Below, piece after piece: positions 39,886 through 52,777 of a DNA stretch of 64,000 bases. This DNA is from an uncultured Pseudanabaenaceae cyanobacterium (GTDB lineage Bacteria; Cyanobacteriota; Cyanobacteriia; PCC-9006; JAAUQQ01). Position 1 is the stretch's first letter; the number at the start of each line of letters is the position of its first letter. The notes below the pieces were generated by a model, which had not been told where the DNA came from, searched no databases, and was given only the letters and a program-made list of their open reading frames with translations. The DNA lies in assembly GCA_938002085.1 (NCBI GenBank), contig CALLAT010000009.1:75450-139449 (forward strand), given 5' to 3'. Made by a program: the position numbers and the translations under genes.

Positions 39886-40758
39886 CTAGAGAACGTCTGC
39901 AAAAGCAGGAGTGAGCTTTCGATAAATGAATCGTCCCAAGAGAAAGACAACTAAGCTAATGATGAATAGGCTGAAACCATAGGTCTCCAGGGTCTCAGTA
40001 CTTCCCCAAAAGACAAGATCACGGTATAACGCCGTAATGGTGGCCAAGGGATTGAACATCATGACCCAATGCTCAAAGCTGCCAAGCTTCTCGGGTCCAT
40101 ATACAACAGGGGTTAAATAGAAAAGTAGGTTTAAGATAATGCCGACACTTTGGGCAATGTCGCGAATAAATACAGTCAAACCGGCCACGATATAACAAAG
40201 GCCAGCTGTCAGCATCATTTGCATTCCCCAAACTAATGGCAGTAATGCGAGTTGCCAAGGCAGACTGTGGGTGAGGAAGGCTAGCAATACGATCAGTACG
40301 GCTAACCCAAACGCACTTTCAATTAAGGCGGAGAAAACGGGAACTAGCGGTAGCAAGCTTAGGGGGAAAACCACCTTCTTGACGAGGTTCACCTGTCCCA
40401 CTACGGCATTAGATGCCTGGGTGACGCTGGTGGAAAAAGCAATCCAAGGTACGAGGGCGGCGAAGAGCCATAGACCAAATAGGAGAGTGCTATCGGGGTC
40501 AAAGCCGCGAGAGGCCAACATCATGGCTTGGGGACTTTGACCCTGAACCGGAAGCTTGACCCGCAAAACGATTGAAAACACATAGGTGTAAATCAATAGT
40601 TGAGAAATCTGGTTAAGTAAGGGCCAGAGATTTCCGAGCATGGAGCCCTTGTAGCGGGCCTCTAGATCTCGGCGAACCAGCATTTGCAATAGGCTGAACT
40701 TGGATAAACGCTCAAGTTTTGAAAATAGCCATTGTTTTAGGGGAAGCTTAAGGCGCAT
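39886..40758 (-). CDS. wzm: ABC-2 type polysaccharide export permease Wzm
   Basis: 290 aa, 6 TM helices, ABC-2 family organisation. Immediately upstream of wzt. Confidence 0.8.
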   Translation of the reverse strand: MRLKLPLKQWLFSKLERLSKFSLLQMLVRRDLEARYKGSMLGNLWPLLNQISQLLIYTYVFSIVLRVKLPVQGQSPQAMMLASRGFDPDSTLLFGLWLFAALVPWIAFSTSVTQASNAVVGQVNLVKKVVFPLSLLPLVPVFSALIESAFGLAVLIVLLAFLTHSLPWQLALLPLVWGMQMMLTAGLCYIVAGLTVFIRDIAQSVGIILNLLFYLTPVVYGPEKLGSFEHWVMMFNPLATITALYRDLVFWGSTETLETYGFSLFIISLVVFLLGRFIYRKLTPAFADVL

Positions 40759-40892
40759 ATAGACGATAGAGAAGCTGACTCACCAGTAGATCTTCGAAAA
40801 GCAGTTGCCAATTTTTTGGCAATCGGTAACTCCTAATCTCCGATCATTCGATTCAGCAGATACCTTGGGGCAATCGTATCATTTGGAACGGA

Positions 40893-42824
<1,932 letters not shown>

Positions 42825-42925
42825 AACAATGAACTCCTTTCGCAGCCGAAGGCCGAAGACGAAGAAATTATACTAGCCAATTTCGGATCTGCTTCTCTCA
42901 TCATCCAGGCCGTTAGCTCGCCTAG

Positions 42926-42970
42926 AAACAGCAAAAGGGTTGAGAGTCATCAATGAAGACTCTCAACCCT
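42926..42970 (-). terminator. Putative rho-independent terminator downstream of psaC (minus strand)
   Basis: 13-bp perfect stem aagggttgagagtc / gactctcaaccctt with a 9-nt loop. On the minus strand it is followed by TTTGCTGTTT. Confidence 0.5.
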
Positions 42971-43010
42971 TCCGAGAAGCAAAAGCCAGGTTAAAAAATC
43001 CTAGAAGGAT

Positions 43011-43367
<357 letters not shown>

Positions 43368-43757
43368 TTATGGGAAACGCTGATGAGCCGAACATCAGGT
43401 CCACTAGACCGACGATGTTTTTATCAGGATTAGCCCAAGTCTACCCCAGGGATTTCGTCGGCCTGCGATCGCCTAATTAAAACTTTAAACATCGTAATAA
43501 TCGCTCGAAATCCCGTCCCTAGGGCTATTCGGAGAATTGGGGTATAGAACGATAGAAAGCGATCCCTTTTTCAATTCAAGCCATTGCCTAGCGTCTATCC
43601 AGAAGGACATTGCCGGTTGGGATTAAGCCCCCTGGAACTCCGCTCTGGGACTAATTCTAAAGAAGATCTAAAGCGGAATGACCCTTTGCCGATAAGATGA
43701 ACCAATGCCTAAATGCTGATAAAGCATGACGCCGGTACCGCAAAGGAATTGAGGTTT

Positions 43758-43997
43758 ATGAGCAAAGAGGAAACCCTGTCAAAAGTGCAAAAGATTGTCG
43801 CTGAACAACTCAGCGTCGATCTTGAAGAGGTCAAGGCCGAAGCAAGCTTCGCCAATGACCTTGGTGCCGACTCCCTTGACACTGTTGAGCTAGTGATGGC
43901 TCTGGAAGAAGAGTTCGAGATTGAAATTCCTGATGAAGCAGCTGAAGGGATCGCTACGGTCCAAGACGCCGTTAACTTCATTGAAGAAAAGGCCTAG
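43758..43997 (+). CDS. acpP: Acyl carrier protein
   Basis: 79 aa, with the 4'-phosphopantetheine attachment motif LGADSLD. Start at the internal ATG (MSKEETL). Confidence 0.95.
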   Translation: MSKEETLSKVQKIVAEQLSVDLEEVKAEASFANDLGADSLDTVELVMALEEEFEIEIPDEAAEGIATVQDAVNFIEEKA

Positions 43998-44366
43998 TCA
44001 ATAAGCTGCCATAGAACTGAACTCGAGCCATAAAAGGCTGTGCGGATGAAGTTAGGCCCTCAAGCTTGATTTTTCCCTTTCTTTTTCTATGTTGCTTTAA
44101 TTTCCTCAACCAAGCTGTTGTGTACCAACAACTTGGTTGAGACAGCTCACAAGGCTGTCAAGCTGAGGCCTTCCTCAGCTTTTTAGTTTTTAAGCCTGCG
44201 GTCTGTTGATCTGAACCATACTCTGCGACTTTAATCCCTGACTGGCCTTGCTTCGGTTGATTGACCAACTGAAATGACTAAGGCAAGGCTGGCGATCGCG
44301 AATATTGTTTCTGAAGGATTTGAACAGGCCCTTTCCAAGCTCCTATTTGGTTTGACTGAGAACCCT

Positions 44367-45623
44367 ATGACTGATTCTGCTGCTCGCCGCGTGGTCATCA
44401 CGGGCATGGGTGCCATCACCCCCATTGGCAATAACCTGGCCGATTACTGGGAAGGCTTGACCACTGGCCGGAATGGCATTGGTCTCATTACCCATTTTGA
44501 TGCCTCGGCCCATGCTTGCCGCATTGCGGGAGAAGTCAAAGGGTTTAAGCCAGAAGACTATATGGACCGAAAAGACGCGAAGCGAATGGACCGCTTCTCT
44601 CAATTTGGCGCGGCAGCAGCAAAGCAGGCTGTTAAAGATGCCGATCTAGACATCAATGATTCCAATGCGGAGCGCATTGGCGTACTGCTAGGCAGTGGCG
44701 TAGGCGGTCTCAAGGTGATGGAAGATCAACAGAAGATCTACCTCAACAAGGGACCCTCGCGCTGTAGCCCCTTTATGATTCCGATGATGATTGCCAATAT
44801 GGCGGCTGGCCTAACGGCGATTCAAATTGGAGCTAAGGGGCCTAACTCTTGCACGGTGACGGCCTGTGCCGCTGGAGCCAATGCCGTCGGGGATGCATTT
44901 CGGCAAATTAAGTGGAACTATGCCGATGCCATGGTTTGTGGAGGAACAGAGGCGGCGATTACACCTCTGGGCATGGCCGGATTTGCAGCTTGCCGAGCCT
45001 TGTCGAGCCGCAATGATGATCCTGAACATGCTTGCCGTCCCTTTGATGTGGGTCGCGATGGCTTTGTCATGGGCGAAGGCGCAGGCCTGCTGGTGCTTGA
45101 GGAGCTGGAGCATGCCAAGGCGCGTGGGGCTCGCATCTATGCAGAGGTTGTGGGCTATGGCATGACCTGTGATGCTTACCATATGACCCTGCCAGTGCCC
45201 GGTGGCTTAGGTGCAGCCCGAGCGATTGAGTTGGCGCTTGAGGATGCGGGTGTCAAACCAAGTGAAATCAGCTACATCAACGCCCACGGCACCAGCACCC
45301 CGGCTAACGATAAAACCGAGACGGCTGCCATTAAAAAGGCCCTGGGTGAAGACAATGCCCGCAAGGTCGCCATTAGCTCGACCAAATCCATGACCGGTCA
45401 CTTGCTGGGCGGTTCTGGTGGCATTGAAGCGGTGGCCACTGCTCTGGCGGTTTACCATGACCAGCTGCCTCCCACCATCAACATCGAAACTCCGGACCCA
45501 GAGTGTGACCTGGACTACGTCCCCCACACCTCCCGTGCCCAGACCGTGGATGTTGCCATCTCCAACTCCTTTGGATTTGGGGGCCACAATGTCACGCTGG
45601 TCATGCGCAAGTATTCTGGCTAA
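44367..45623 (+). CDS. fabF: 3-oxoacyl-ACP synthase II
   Basis: Active-site Cys in TACAAG and catalytic His residues in HGTST / GHLLGGSG motifs. Start at the internal ATG (MTDSAARRVVITGMG), about 120 bp downstream of acpP. Confidence 0.95.
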   Translation: MTDSAARRVVITGMGAITPIGNNLADYWEGLTTGRNGIGLITHFDASAHACRIAGEVKGFKPEDYMDRKDAKRMDRFSQFGAAAAKQAVKDADLDINDSNAERIGVLLGSGVGGLKVMEDQQKIYLNKGPSRCSPFMIPMMIANMAAGLTAIQIGAKGPNSCTVTACAAGANAVGDAFRQIKWNYADAMVCGGTEAAITPLGMAGFAACRALSSRNDDPEHACRPFDVGRDGFVMGEGAGLLVLEELEHAKARGARIYAEVVGYGMTCDAYHMTLPVPGGLGAARAIELALEDAGVKPSEISYINAHGTSTPANDKTETAAIKKALGEDNARKVAISSTKSMTGHLLGGSGGIEAVATALAVYHDQLPPTINIETPDPECDLDYVPHTSRAQTVDVAISNSFGFGGHNVTLVMRKYSG

Positions 45624-46027
45624 GGTTTGCTGCTCTGAAGCCTTTTTGAGCCTGCTCAGCAGACAAATGTTACGTCTAGACTCGCTCAATCGAACCTTGG
45701 CCCTGGAATACAGGCTGTATCTGGTTCGAGAGGCTGGCCAAGACTCTGTCAGGACTCGCTGAAGATAGAATTCTGAAGCAAATTTTACAGAAATCTCCCG
45801 GCTTCACACTTGTTCATCATCTCCGTCGATGGAATGATGACCATAAGGACATTTAATTATTAGTGCGGTTTTCCTGCTGAGCTTCAGTGTGGAATCGTCA
45901 ATCGCCAAAAAGCAATCGCGAGCGATCGCGGTCCGGGGCATCCCTGGCGTTCTCTCGGGGCGTTCCCTGAGACGACCTAAGGCACCCAAGCCCCTCACCC
46001 ACCCAATCACGTTAGGTAGTTACAAAT

Positions 46028-48022
46028 ATGGTTGCTGCAACCCAATCTTTAGAAGAACTCTGCATTAATTCGGTGCGCTTTTTGGCGATCGATGGCGTTG
46101 AGAAGGCCAAGTCTGGCCACCCCGGTCTGCCCATGGGTGCAGCCCCCATGTGCTTTGTCCTCTGGGACAAGTTCATGCAGTTCAACCCCAAGAATCCTAA
46201 CTGGGTGAACCGCGATCGCTTTGTCCTGTCCGCAGGTCATGGCTCCATGCTCCAGTACGCCCTGCTCTACCTGACGGGCTATGACAGCGTGACGATGGAA
46301 GATCTCAAGCAGTTCCGTCAGTGGGGCTCCCGCACCCCTGGCCACCCCGAGAACTTTGAGACCAAGGGTGTGGAAGTGACCACCGGTCCTTTGGGCCAGG
46401 GCATTTGCAACGGTGTTGGCTTGGCCATGGCTGAAGCTCACCTCGCGGCTAAATTCAACAAGCCGGATTGCAGCATCATTGACCACTACACCTATGTGTT
46501 GATGGGTGATGGTTGCAACATGGAAGGTATCTCTGGCGAGGCCTGCTCCTTAGCCGGTCACCTGGGCTTGGGCAAGCTGATTGCGCTCTATGACGATAAC
46601 CACATCTCCATTGATGGCGACACCACTGTGTCCTTCACCGAGGATGTGGGCAAGCGCTACGAAGCCTATGGCTGGCAGGTCATCGTTGTAGGTAATGGCG
46701 ACACCGACACCGCTTCCATCGAAGCAGCAATTAAGGAAGCGAAGGCAAACACCGAACAGCCCACCTTAATCAAGGTTCGCACCACCATTGGCTTTGGCTC
46801 TCCTAACCGTCAAGGTACCGCCGGTATCCACGGTGCAGCCCTAGGTGCTGAGGAAATCGAAGCCACCAAGAAGAACTTGGGTTGGGAGCATGGTTCCTTT
46901 GAAGTGCCTGACGACGCGCTGGCTCACTGGCGCAAGGCGATTGATCGCGGTGCCAGTGCAGAAGCTGAATGGGACAAGACCTTTGCAACCTACAAGGGCA
47001 AGTATGCGGCTGAGGCGGCTGAGTTTGAGCGCCAAATCAGCGGCAAGTTGCCTGATGGTTGGGAGAAGTGCCTGCCCACCTACACCCCTGAGGACAAGCC
47101 TTTAGCGACTCGCAAGACCTCGGAGATTACGCTGAACGCGATCGCCGAAGCAGTCCCCGAGCTCGTTGGCGGTTCTGCTGACCTGACCCACTCAAACCTC
47201 ACCTACCTGAAGTGCTCCACGGACTTCCAGAAGGGTGCCTACGGGGGGCGTAACTTACGTTTTGGTGTGCGTGAGCATGGCATGGGCGCGATTTGCAACG
47301 GCATTTCCCTCCATGGCACCGGCCTGATTCCTTTCGACGCGACCTTCCTGGTATTTGCTGATTACATGCGCGGTGCCATCCGCCTGTCGGCTCTGTCCCA
47401 GTGCCAGGTCATCCATGTCATGACCCATGACTCCATCGCCCTAGGCGAAGATGGTCCTACCCACCAGCCTGTGGAAACCGTTGCTTCCCTGCGCGTGATT
47501 CCTAACCTGTTGGTCTTCCGTCCTGCGGATGGTAACGAGACCTCTGGTGCTTATAAGGTGGCGATCGAGCGCCGCAAAGAGTCTTCCATCATGGCCATGA
47601 CTCGTCAGGGTCTGCCCCAGTTGGCCGGTTCTTCCATTGAGGGTGTGGCTAAAGGTGCTTACACCGTCGTCGATTGCGATGGCACACCTGATTTGGTGAT
47701 GCTGGCGACGGGTAGTGAAGTCAGCCTCTGCGTTAATGCTGCCAAGGAAATGGGTGGCAAGATTCGTGTGGTTTCCATGCCCTGCCGCGAGCTGTTCGAA
47801 GAGCAGGATGAGGCTTATCGCACTTCCATTCTGCCCGCAGGCGTTAAGCGTCTAGTGGTTGAAGCTGGCACCACCTACGGTTGGGGCAAGTATGCAGGCG
47901 ACACTGGCGACATCATTGGCGTTGATACCTTCGGTGCTTCCGCACCCGGTGGCAAGATTATGGAAGAGTTTGGCTTCACGGTGGCTAACGTTGTTGCTAA
48001 AGCGAAGGCGTTGATCGGCTAG
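46028..48022 (+). CDS. tkt: Transketolase
   Basis: 664 aa. TPP-binding GHPG, GDG-x-MEG motif ([10 protein letters not shown]), and [15 protein letters not shown] motif. Confidence 0.95.
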   Translation: MVAATQSLEELCINSVRFLAIDGVEKAKSGHPGLPMGAAPMCFVLWDKFMQFNPKNPNWVNRDRFVLSAGHGSMLQYALLYLTGYDSVTMEDLKQFRQWGSRTPGHPENFETKGVEVTTGPLGQGICNGVGLAMAEAHLAAKFNKPDCSIIDHYTYVLMGDGCNMEGISGEACSLAGHLGLGKLIALYDDNHISIDGDTTVSFTEDVGKRYEAYGWQVIVVGNGDTDTASIEAAIKEAKANTEQPTLIKVRTTIGFGSPNRQGTAGIHGAALGAEEIEATKKNLGWEHGSFEVPDDALAHWRKAIDRGASAEAEWDKTFATYKGKYAAEAAEFERQISGKLPDGWEKCLPTYTPEDKPLATRKTSEITLNAIAEAVPELVGGSADLTHSNLTYLKCSTDFQKGAYGGRNLRFGVREHGMGAICNGISLHGTGLIPFDATFLVFADYMRGAIRLSALSQCQVIHVMTHDSIALGEDGPTHQPVETVASLRVIPNLLVFRPADGNETSGAYKVAIERRKESSIMAMTRQGLPQLAGSSIEGVAKGAYTVVDCDGTPDLVMLATGSEVSLCVNAAKEMGGKIRVVSMPCRELFEEQDEAYRTSILPAGVKRLVVEAGTTYGWGKYAGDTGDIIGVDTFGASAPGGKIMEEFGFTVANVVAKAKALIG

Positions 48023-48056
48023 GTTTATTTCTAGGACTAACGTTTGGTTCCAATAG

Positions 48057-48100
48057 AAAGGGCCTTGGCTATAGCAGCCAAGGCCCTTTTGCATTTTTGG
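48057..48100 (+). terminator. Rho-independent terminator after tkt
   Basis: 12-bp perfect stem agggccttggct / agccaaggccct, loop atagc, followed by TTTGCATTTTTGG. Confidence 0.7.
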
Positions 48101-48188
48101 TGGTTGCTATAGGTGAGGATTTGCTAGAAAAACGACTGACTTTGGTTTAGCGCCTTACGATAGATTCAGTCCGCGCTGTTCTGCTGTT

Positions 48189-48944
48189 ATGACCCCAGTA
48201 CCCGAAACCTGTTCCCATAGTGGAGATCTCCACAGTACCCATGCCCATGGTGAGCATCAGGGAGAGACCTGTAATCATTCCTTGATTGCGAGTGATCTCT
48301 CCAAGCAAAAAGTCCAGCGCTTACTCTGGGTCGCGGGCTTAGTTCTTAGCTTTGCCATTTTAGAAATTGGTGTTGGGGTTTGGAGCCACAGCGTTGCCCT
48401 GTTTGCCGATGCGGGACATTTGATTGTGGACTGCGGTGCGGTGTTGTTGGCGTTGGGCGCAGCTTGGTGGAGTCAGCGTCAGCAACAAACTCAGCCTGAT
48501 CTCGTTCAGGATAGAACCGTGGAGACTTGGGCAGCTTTGCTCAATGGTGTGGCCTTGGTGGCGATCGCCCTTTGGGTCGGTTATGAAGCGATCGAATCCC
48601 TTCGCGCTCCCCCCGTCGAAATCCTCAGCTTACCAATGCTAATCACCGCTACTGTGGGCCTGAGCGTGAATAGCCTCAACGCAAAACTGTTGCATCAGCA
48701 TAGTCATGATGACTTGAATGTGAGAGGAGTGCTGTTGCATGCGATCGCCGATGCAGCCAGCTCCTGCGGCATCTTAATCGCGGCGCTGGCAATCTACCTG
48801 TTGCATTGGCAACGAGCTGATGGAATCGTCAGCCTTGCCGTGGCAGGGTTTATTCTGATCGGTGCCATTCCACTCATCCTAGCGAGCATGAAGCAGCTGA
48901 ATGAGCCTGAACAACTTATATCTCAAAGCAGCACTGAGCCTTAG
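48189..48944 (+). CDS. Cation diffusion facilitator (CDF) family metal efflux transporter with His-rich N-terminus
   Basis: 251 aa. N-terminal HSTHAHGEHQGE His-rich segment, then 6 TM helices with HSVALFADAGH and HAIADAASS motifs typical of CzcD/ZnT. Confidence 0.85.
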   Translation: MTPVPETCSHSGDLHSTHAHGEHQGETCNHSLIASDLSKQKVQRLLWVAGLVLSFAILEIGVGVWSHSVALFADAGHLIVDCGAVLLALGAAWWSQRQQQTQPDLVQDRTVETWAALLNGVALVAIALWVGYEAIESLRAPPVEILSLPMLITATVGLSVNSLNAKLLHQHSHDDLNVRGVLLHAIADAASSCGILIAALAIYLLHWQRADGIVSLAVAGFILIGAIPLILASMKQLNEPEQLISQSSTEP

Positions 48945-48975
48945 TTTCAGGCTGAATGGCTGGGAGTAGGCAAGG

Positions 48976-50178
48976 TTAATTCCCTGAACTAATCAGTGCG
49001 ACCTGTTCAATCAGCTTGCCTTTGACCAGGCGTTTGGCGACACCGCCGGGAATGATGCCGTAGATGGCGCTGCCATTGGTGTAGATGAGGCGATCGCCAG
49101 CTGCGACATGGAAGGCTAGGATGCCTCGGGCGATCGCTTCTGCATCCTGTCCAGGCCGTTGCCGGATCAACTCCCAACTGCGGGGCACGAGGGCAGGGGA
49201 GTCTTCATCATCAAAGCGTTGGTTGCGCTTGGCTTCTTCGTTGGTGTTGATGGGCTGTCCCCAAATCAAGGCATTGCCTGAACCTTGGGCCTGGGGTTTG
49301 GATGGCTTGGCTAATCCCTTGCCGGTAAACATTCGAGTAAAGGCATTGAGAAATTCAAAGATGGCATAGGCCAAACGAAAGGGCATCAACAGAATGTCCT
49401 TGAGAATTTGGAAAATGCCTAGGGGCTTAATAGCTTTGTAGGGACGACGGATGTAGTAAAGCGTTCCGTCGGTGGTGAGTTGGGGGGCGAGGTAATCCCA
49501 ATTGGGATCTTCGGCCAGGGTGTCTACGGTTTTAGCTTCTAGGTCGAGCTGTTCGATGCAGAAGGGCCCTTGGGCCAGCATGGCACCATCGTCATTGCGA
49601 GCAATGCCTGCGGATTGGAAGACGAGGGCCTGCTTTTTGCCAGGAACCCAAGCGGGGGCTAGATCAACGGAATCGCCGGAGGTGAGCTCTTGGGGGCGAA
49701 TGCCGTCGGCTTTCATGGTGGCGATGTTGCTCTCGCCGCTGGGGTAGGCGACGCAGCAGGCGACCAGGGATTCTGCTGGGTTGTAGTTGAGGTGCTGGAC
49801 GGTGAATTCGGCGCTGTGGAAGAGGCGTTTTTCTTTATTTTGGTGGGTGTCGAAGGAGAAGATTCCGCCCATTTCGTCGCTTGAGAGGGCGTAGAAGAGA
49901 GTGCCCTCTTGGCCTGCACAAATGTCCGTGAGCTTGATAGGGAGGTTCGTTTCCTCGTCTTGGCGCGTGCTGAGGGGCGTCATGCTGGCCATTTCGGCGG
50001 TGCTGCGTTTCCAGGCATCGCGGCGCTGCATTTGGCGGCGAGTGTTCTTGGCGGCTTCGGCAAATTCGCTATCTACGGTGCGCACTGCGGCATTGCCTTG
50101 CTTGAGGTGAAGCTTGCCGCCGGAGAGGTAGGCGATGTCGAAGGACATGACTCGGAGTTTTGATAGGGCTAAACCCAT
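48976..50178 (-). CDS. Hypothetical protein (400 aa), no recognised domain
   Basis: Long ORF with coding-like composition. No motif recognised by eye. Confidence 0.4.
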   Translation of the reverse strand: MGLALSKLRVMSFDIAYLSGGKLHLKQGNAAVRTVDSEFAEAAKNTRRQMQRRDAWKRSTAEMASMTPLSTRQDEETNLPIKLTDICAGQEGTLFYALSSDEMGGIFSFDTHQNKEKRLFHSAEFTVQHLNYNPAESLVACCVAYPSGESNIATMKADGIRPQELTSGDSVDLAPAWVPGKKQALVFQSAGIARNDDGAMLAQGPFCIEQLDLEAKTVDTLAEDPNWDYLAPQLTTDGTLYYIRRPYKAIKPLGIFQILKDILLMPFRLAYAIFEFLNAFTRMFTGKGLAKPSKPQAQGSGNALIWGQPINTNEEAKRNQRFDDEDSPALVPRSWELIRQRPGQDAEAIARGILAFHVAAGDRLIYTNGSAIYGIIPGGVAKRLVKGKLIEQVALISSGN

Positions 50179-50222
50179 TATTCCCTAGCTAGGGAAAGGA
50201 GCAGTCGTATCAAAGTAGATGG

Positions 50223-50567
50223 TTATGGTTCGAGCTGGCTGAGGCGGGTTTCGAGGCTTTGGATGTCTTGCTTGAGTTCGATGACGAGGTTGGCCAGGTT
50301 TTGAAGTTGGGGGTCGCTGGTGCTGGTGCTGCGTTGGGGGACGGGAGTAGGAGGCGTAGGGGATTGGCGAGGGGAGGGAGGTTGCAATCGCAGTTGCCCC
50401 ATTTCTCGCTGAAGCTGACGCAGGCCGATTTCCAGGTTGGCGACTTTGCCGTCTAGGTGGGAGTTGTTGATGGTGGGAAAGTCGTTGTGGGCCAGGCTGC
50501 GGCTGGCAAATAGCAGCAGGCAGAGGCTGACTAGGCTGATCCAGAACCAGCGATTGAGTTGTTTCAT
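50223..50567 (-). CDS. Small secreted Pro-rich/coiled-coil protein (114 aa)
   Basis: Signal peptide MKQLNRWFWISLVSLCLLLFASRSLA. Pro-rich linker PPSPRQSPTPPTPVP. C-terminal heptad-like LANLVIELKQDIQSLETRLSQLE. Confidence 0.4.
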   Translation of the reverse strand: MKQLNRWFWISLVSLCLLLFASRSLAHNDFPTINNSHLDGKVANLEIGLRQLQREMGQLRLQPPSPRQSPTPPTPVPQRSTSTSDPQLQNLANLVIELKQDIQSLETRLSQLEP

Positions 50568-50615
50568 GGCATTCGCTTAAAGGTCGCTTTAGGTTTGCGT
50601 TGAAGGCTTCTTGTT

Positions 50616-51689
50616 TTATTCGGTTGATTCAGTCTCGCTGAGTTCGATGGTGGCTAATTCTGCTTCAAGTTCTTCGATGCTGGGTAGGGCATTGCGTAGG
50701 GCTTCGGGGAGCTCTTGCTTGTACTGGGAAATGGCGATCGCCTTGTTCACGTCTCGCAGTGAATATTCGGCAACGGCTCGATTGCGTGATTTGCAGAGGA
50801 TTAGGCCAATGGTTGGGGCATCATCGGGGTGTCGGAGGAGGCCATCCACTGCTGAAACATAGAAGCCCATTTTGCCGGAATATTCGGGTTTGAACGCGGT
50901 CATTTTGAGGTCAATTACGACGTAGCAGCGCAATTGGAGGTGGTAGAACAGGAGGTCAATATAGAAGTCATCGCCGCCTATTTCGAGGTGATGTTGACTG
51001 CCAACGAAGGCAAAGCCGACGCCCAGTTCCAGGAGGAATTGGCGGATATGAGTCAGGAGGGCTTTCTCTAGATCTCGTTCCTGTGCTTCTGGCCCCAAGC
51101 TCAAGAAGTCGAAGGAATAGGGGTCTTTGAGTAGCTGTTGGGCTAGCTCGGACTGGGGCTGGGTTAAGGTGGCTTCAAAGTTAGAGATTGCTTTACCCTG
51201 TCGCTGGTAAAGTTGTGTTTCAATCTGGTGTTCTAAGATGGCTCGACTCCATCCATAGGCGATGGTTTGCTCCACGTACCAAAGACGCTCATTGGGGTCG
51301 CCTACCTTATCCAACAGCCGCACGTTGTGACCCCAAGGAATTTGTCCAACAGTCTGTTGGACGATTGACTCATCAGGCCAAGCTGTAGCGAAGGCTCTCA
51401 TGTACAGAAGGTTGGTGCGGGAGAATCCCTTCATCTCGGGGAATGCCTGCTTTAAGTCTTTGGCTAGGCGAGTGATGACTTTGGAGCCCCAGCCCTCTTG
51501 TCCCTGGCGCGACAGAATTTCTTGGCCGATTTGCCAATACAGCAGTACGAGTTCTTGGTTGACGGCCAGTGCTGCCCGCACTTGGGCGGATTGAATGCGG
51601 CTTTTCAGCGTTTGCAGAAGCTGGTTGTAGTCTGGGGGCAGTATTTCAAATGCCATTGCGTTGTGGTCTTGCTGCGAGCTTAGTTCCAT
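50616..51689 (-). CDS. YhcG-like PDDEXK-family nuclease (DUF1016-type)
   Basis: 357 aa. The C-terminal EIGGDDFYIDLLFYHLQLRCYVVIDLK fits the PD-(D/E)xK core (D...IDLL...VIDLK). Overall size and architecture are typical of YhcG/DUF1016 proteins. Confidence 0.7.
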   Translation of the reverse strand: MELSSQQDHNAMAFEILPPDYNQLLQTLKSRIQSAQVRAALAVNQELVLLYWQIGQEILSRQGQEGWGSKVITRLAKDLKQAFPEMKGFSRTNLLYMRAFATAWPDESIVQQTVGQIPWGHNVRLLDKVGDPNERLWYVEQTIAYGWSRAILEHQIETQLYQRQGKAISNFEATLTQPQSELAQQLLKDPYSFDFLSLGPEAQERDLEKALLTHIRQFLLELGVGFAFVGSQHHLEIGGDDFYIDLLFYHLQLRCYVVIDLKMTAFKPEYSGKMGFYVSAVDGLLRHPDDAPTIGLILCKSRNRAVAEYSLRDVNKAIAISQYKQELPEALRNALPSIEELEAELATIELSETESTE

Positions 51690-51854
51690 CTACAACGCTT
51701 AGGTGCTAAGCCAGGAACTTAAGGATATGGTTCTTAGCCCTGTTCTAGCTGGAGCATGTTCTCGTTTAATAGATCCTAATGCTAAAGAATAGCTCTAGCA
51801 AGACACCCGGTGTTTCGAAAAACACCGGGTGTCTGAAGCAGAAGCTTATGCTCG

Positions 51855-52095
51855 ACTATTCTTCGTCTTCCTCAGTCTTAGGAACGTAGGTGGACTTCAC
51901 CTCCAGCTCCTCCAACTGCGCGTCATCCACATTGGACGGTGCATCGGTGAGGAGGCAGCGGGCTTGATGGGTCTTGGGGAAGGCGATGGTGTCACGGATG
52001 GACTCGGAGCCGTTCATCAGCATAGTGATGAGAGCGATGACGCGGGGGCTGTACTTAAAAGAGTTGAACAGCAAGCTGAATTTCCCTAATTTTGT
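51855..52095 (-). pseudogene. Decayed duplicate of the 3' end of aspS (last ~75 codons), non-functional fragment
   Basis: About 90% nucleotide identity to 52837-53030 over the first ~190 bp, with degenerate similarity continuing to ~52095. The translation ...[55 protein letters not shown] matches the intact AspS C-terminus (...[55 protein letters not shown]). Confidence 0.7.
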
Positions 52096-52216
52096 TGTCG
52101 CTCAATAAGATCGCCTCGAAGGCTTTCTCATGACCCTATCGTTATAATTTGAGCTTGCAATAATTTGAACTCAAGGAAATTAATTTTGAAAAAACGTCTA
52201 CCAGTAGGTCTCGCTG

Positions 52217-52708
52217 ATGTCCCCTGATCTTAACTATATAGTCCCTGGTCCTGTCCCTCCTGATAATGATGCTCTTAAGGCAAGTGCTGCAGCTTTAGCC
52301 GCTATTCAAGTTCTTGCTAAGAAGCAGCTGGAAATTGTAGAGCGCCAGGAACAGGCCAATGTTCAGAAAGAAAAGGCTAACGACAAAGCCGCCCGGCGCT
52401 CAATGCTGCTTACTTTGCTGAGCTTGGGAATTGCAACTGTTAGCTTTATGGGCACAGCCTGGGCGTCCTGGGCTGATTGGCGAGGGGATGCTGTGTGGCA
52501 ATCGGAGCAGGTGACAGAACTACAAGCTGCGAATGAACAATTGGAGAAAATGCTGGAGCTTCAAGTCGAGGTTCGAGCTGAACAACAGCGGCAGATTGAG
52601 GAGTTATTGAAGGCGATCTCCGCACAAAATTCCGAGGGGAGCAATGCCGACTCAGCTGCTGGTCAATCCTCAAATCCTGAGTCACGACAGGTCGTAGAGA
52701 ATCAATAG
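52217..52708 (+). CDS. Hypothetical membrane-anchored coiled-coil protein (163 aa) lying between aspS and its duplicated 3' fragment
   Basis: One central TM segment LLTLLSLGIATVSFMGTAWASWA, flanked by Ala/Gln/Glu-rich helices. AT-rich promoter-like region upstream (52100-52216). Confidence 0.45.
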   Translation: MSPDLNYIVPGPVPPDNDALKASAAALAAIQVLAKKQLEIVERQEQANVQKEKANDKAARRSMLLTLLSLGIATVSFMGTAWASWADWRGDAVWQSEQVTELQAANEQLEKMLELQVEVRAEQQRQIEELLKAISAQNSEGSNADSAAGQSSNPESRQVVENQ

Positions 52709-52777
52709 TCTTTATTTCTCTTTCATGGATATATTGACTCGATGGGGAAGCCCTAGAGCCCTAGAGGCAAGAAGTAA

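Noticed and set aside
51829-52089. 86-aa plus-strand ORF
   Set aside because: Lies antisense to the decayed aspS 3' fragment. The similarity to aspS on the opposite strand explains the open frame.
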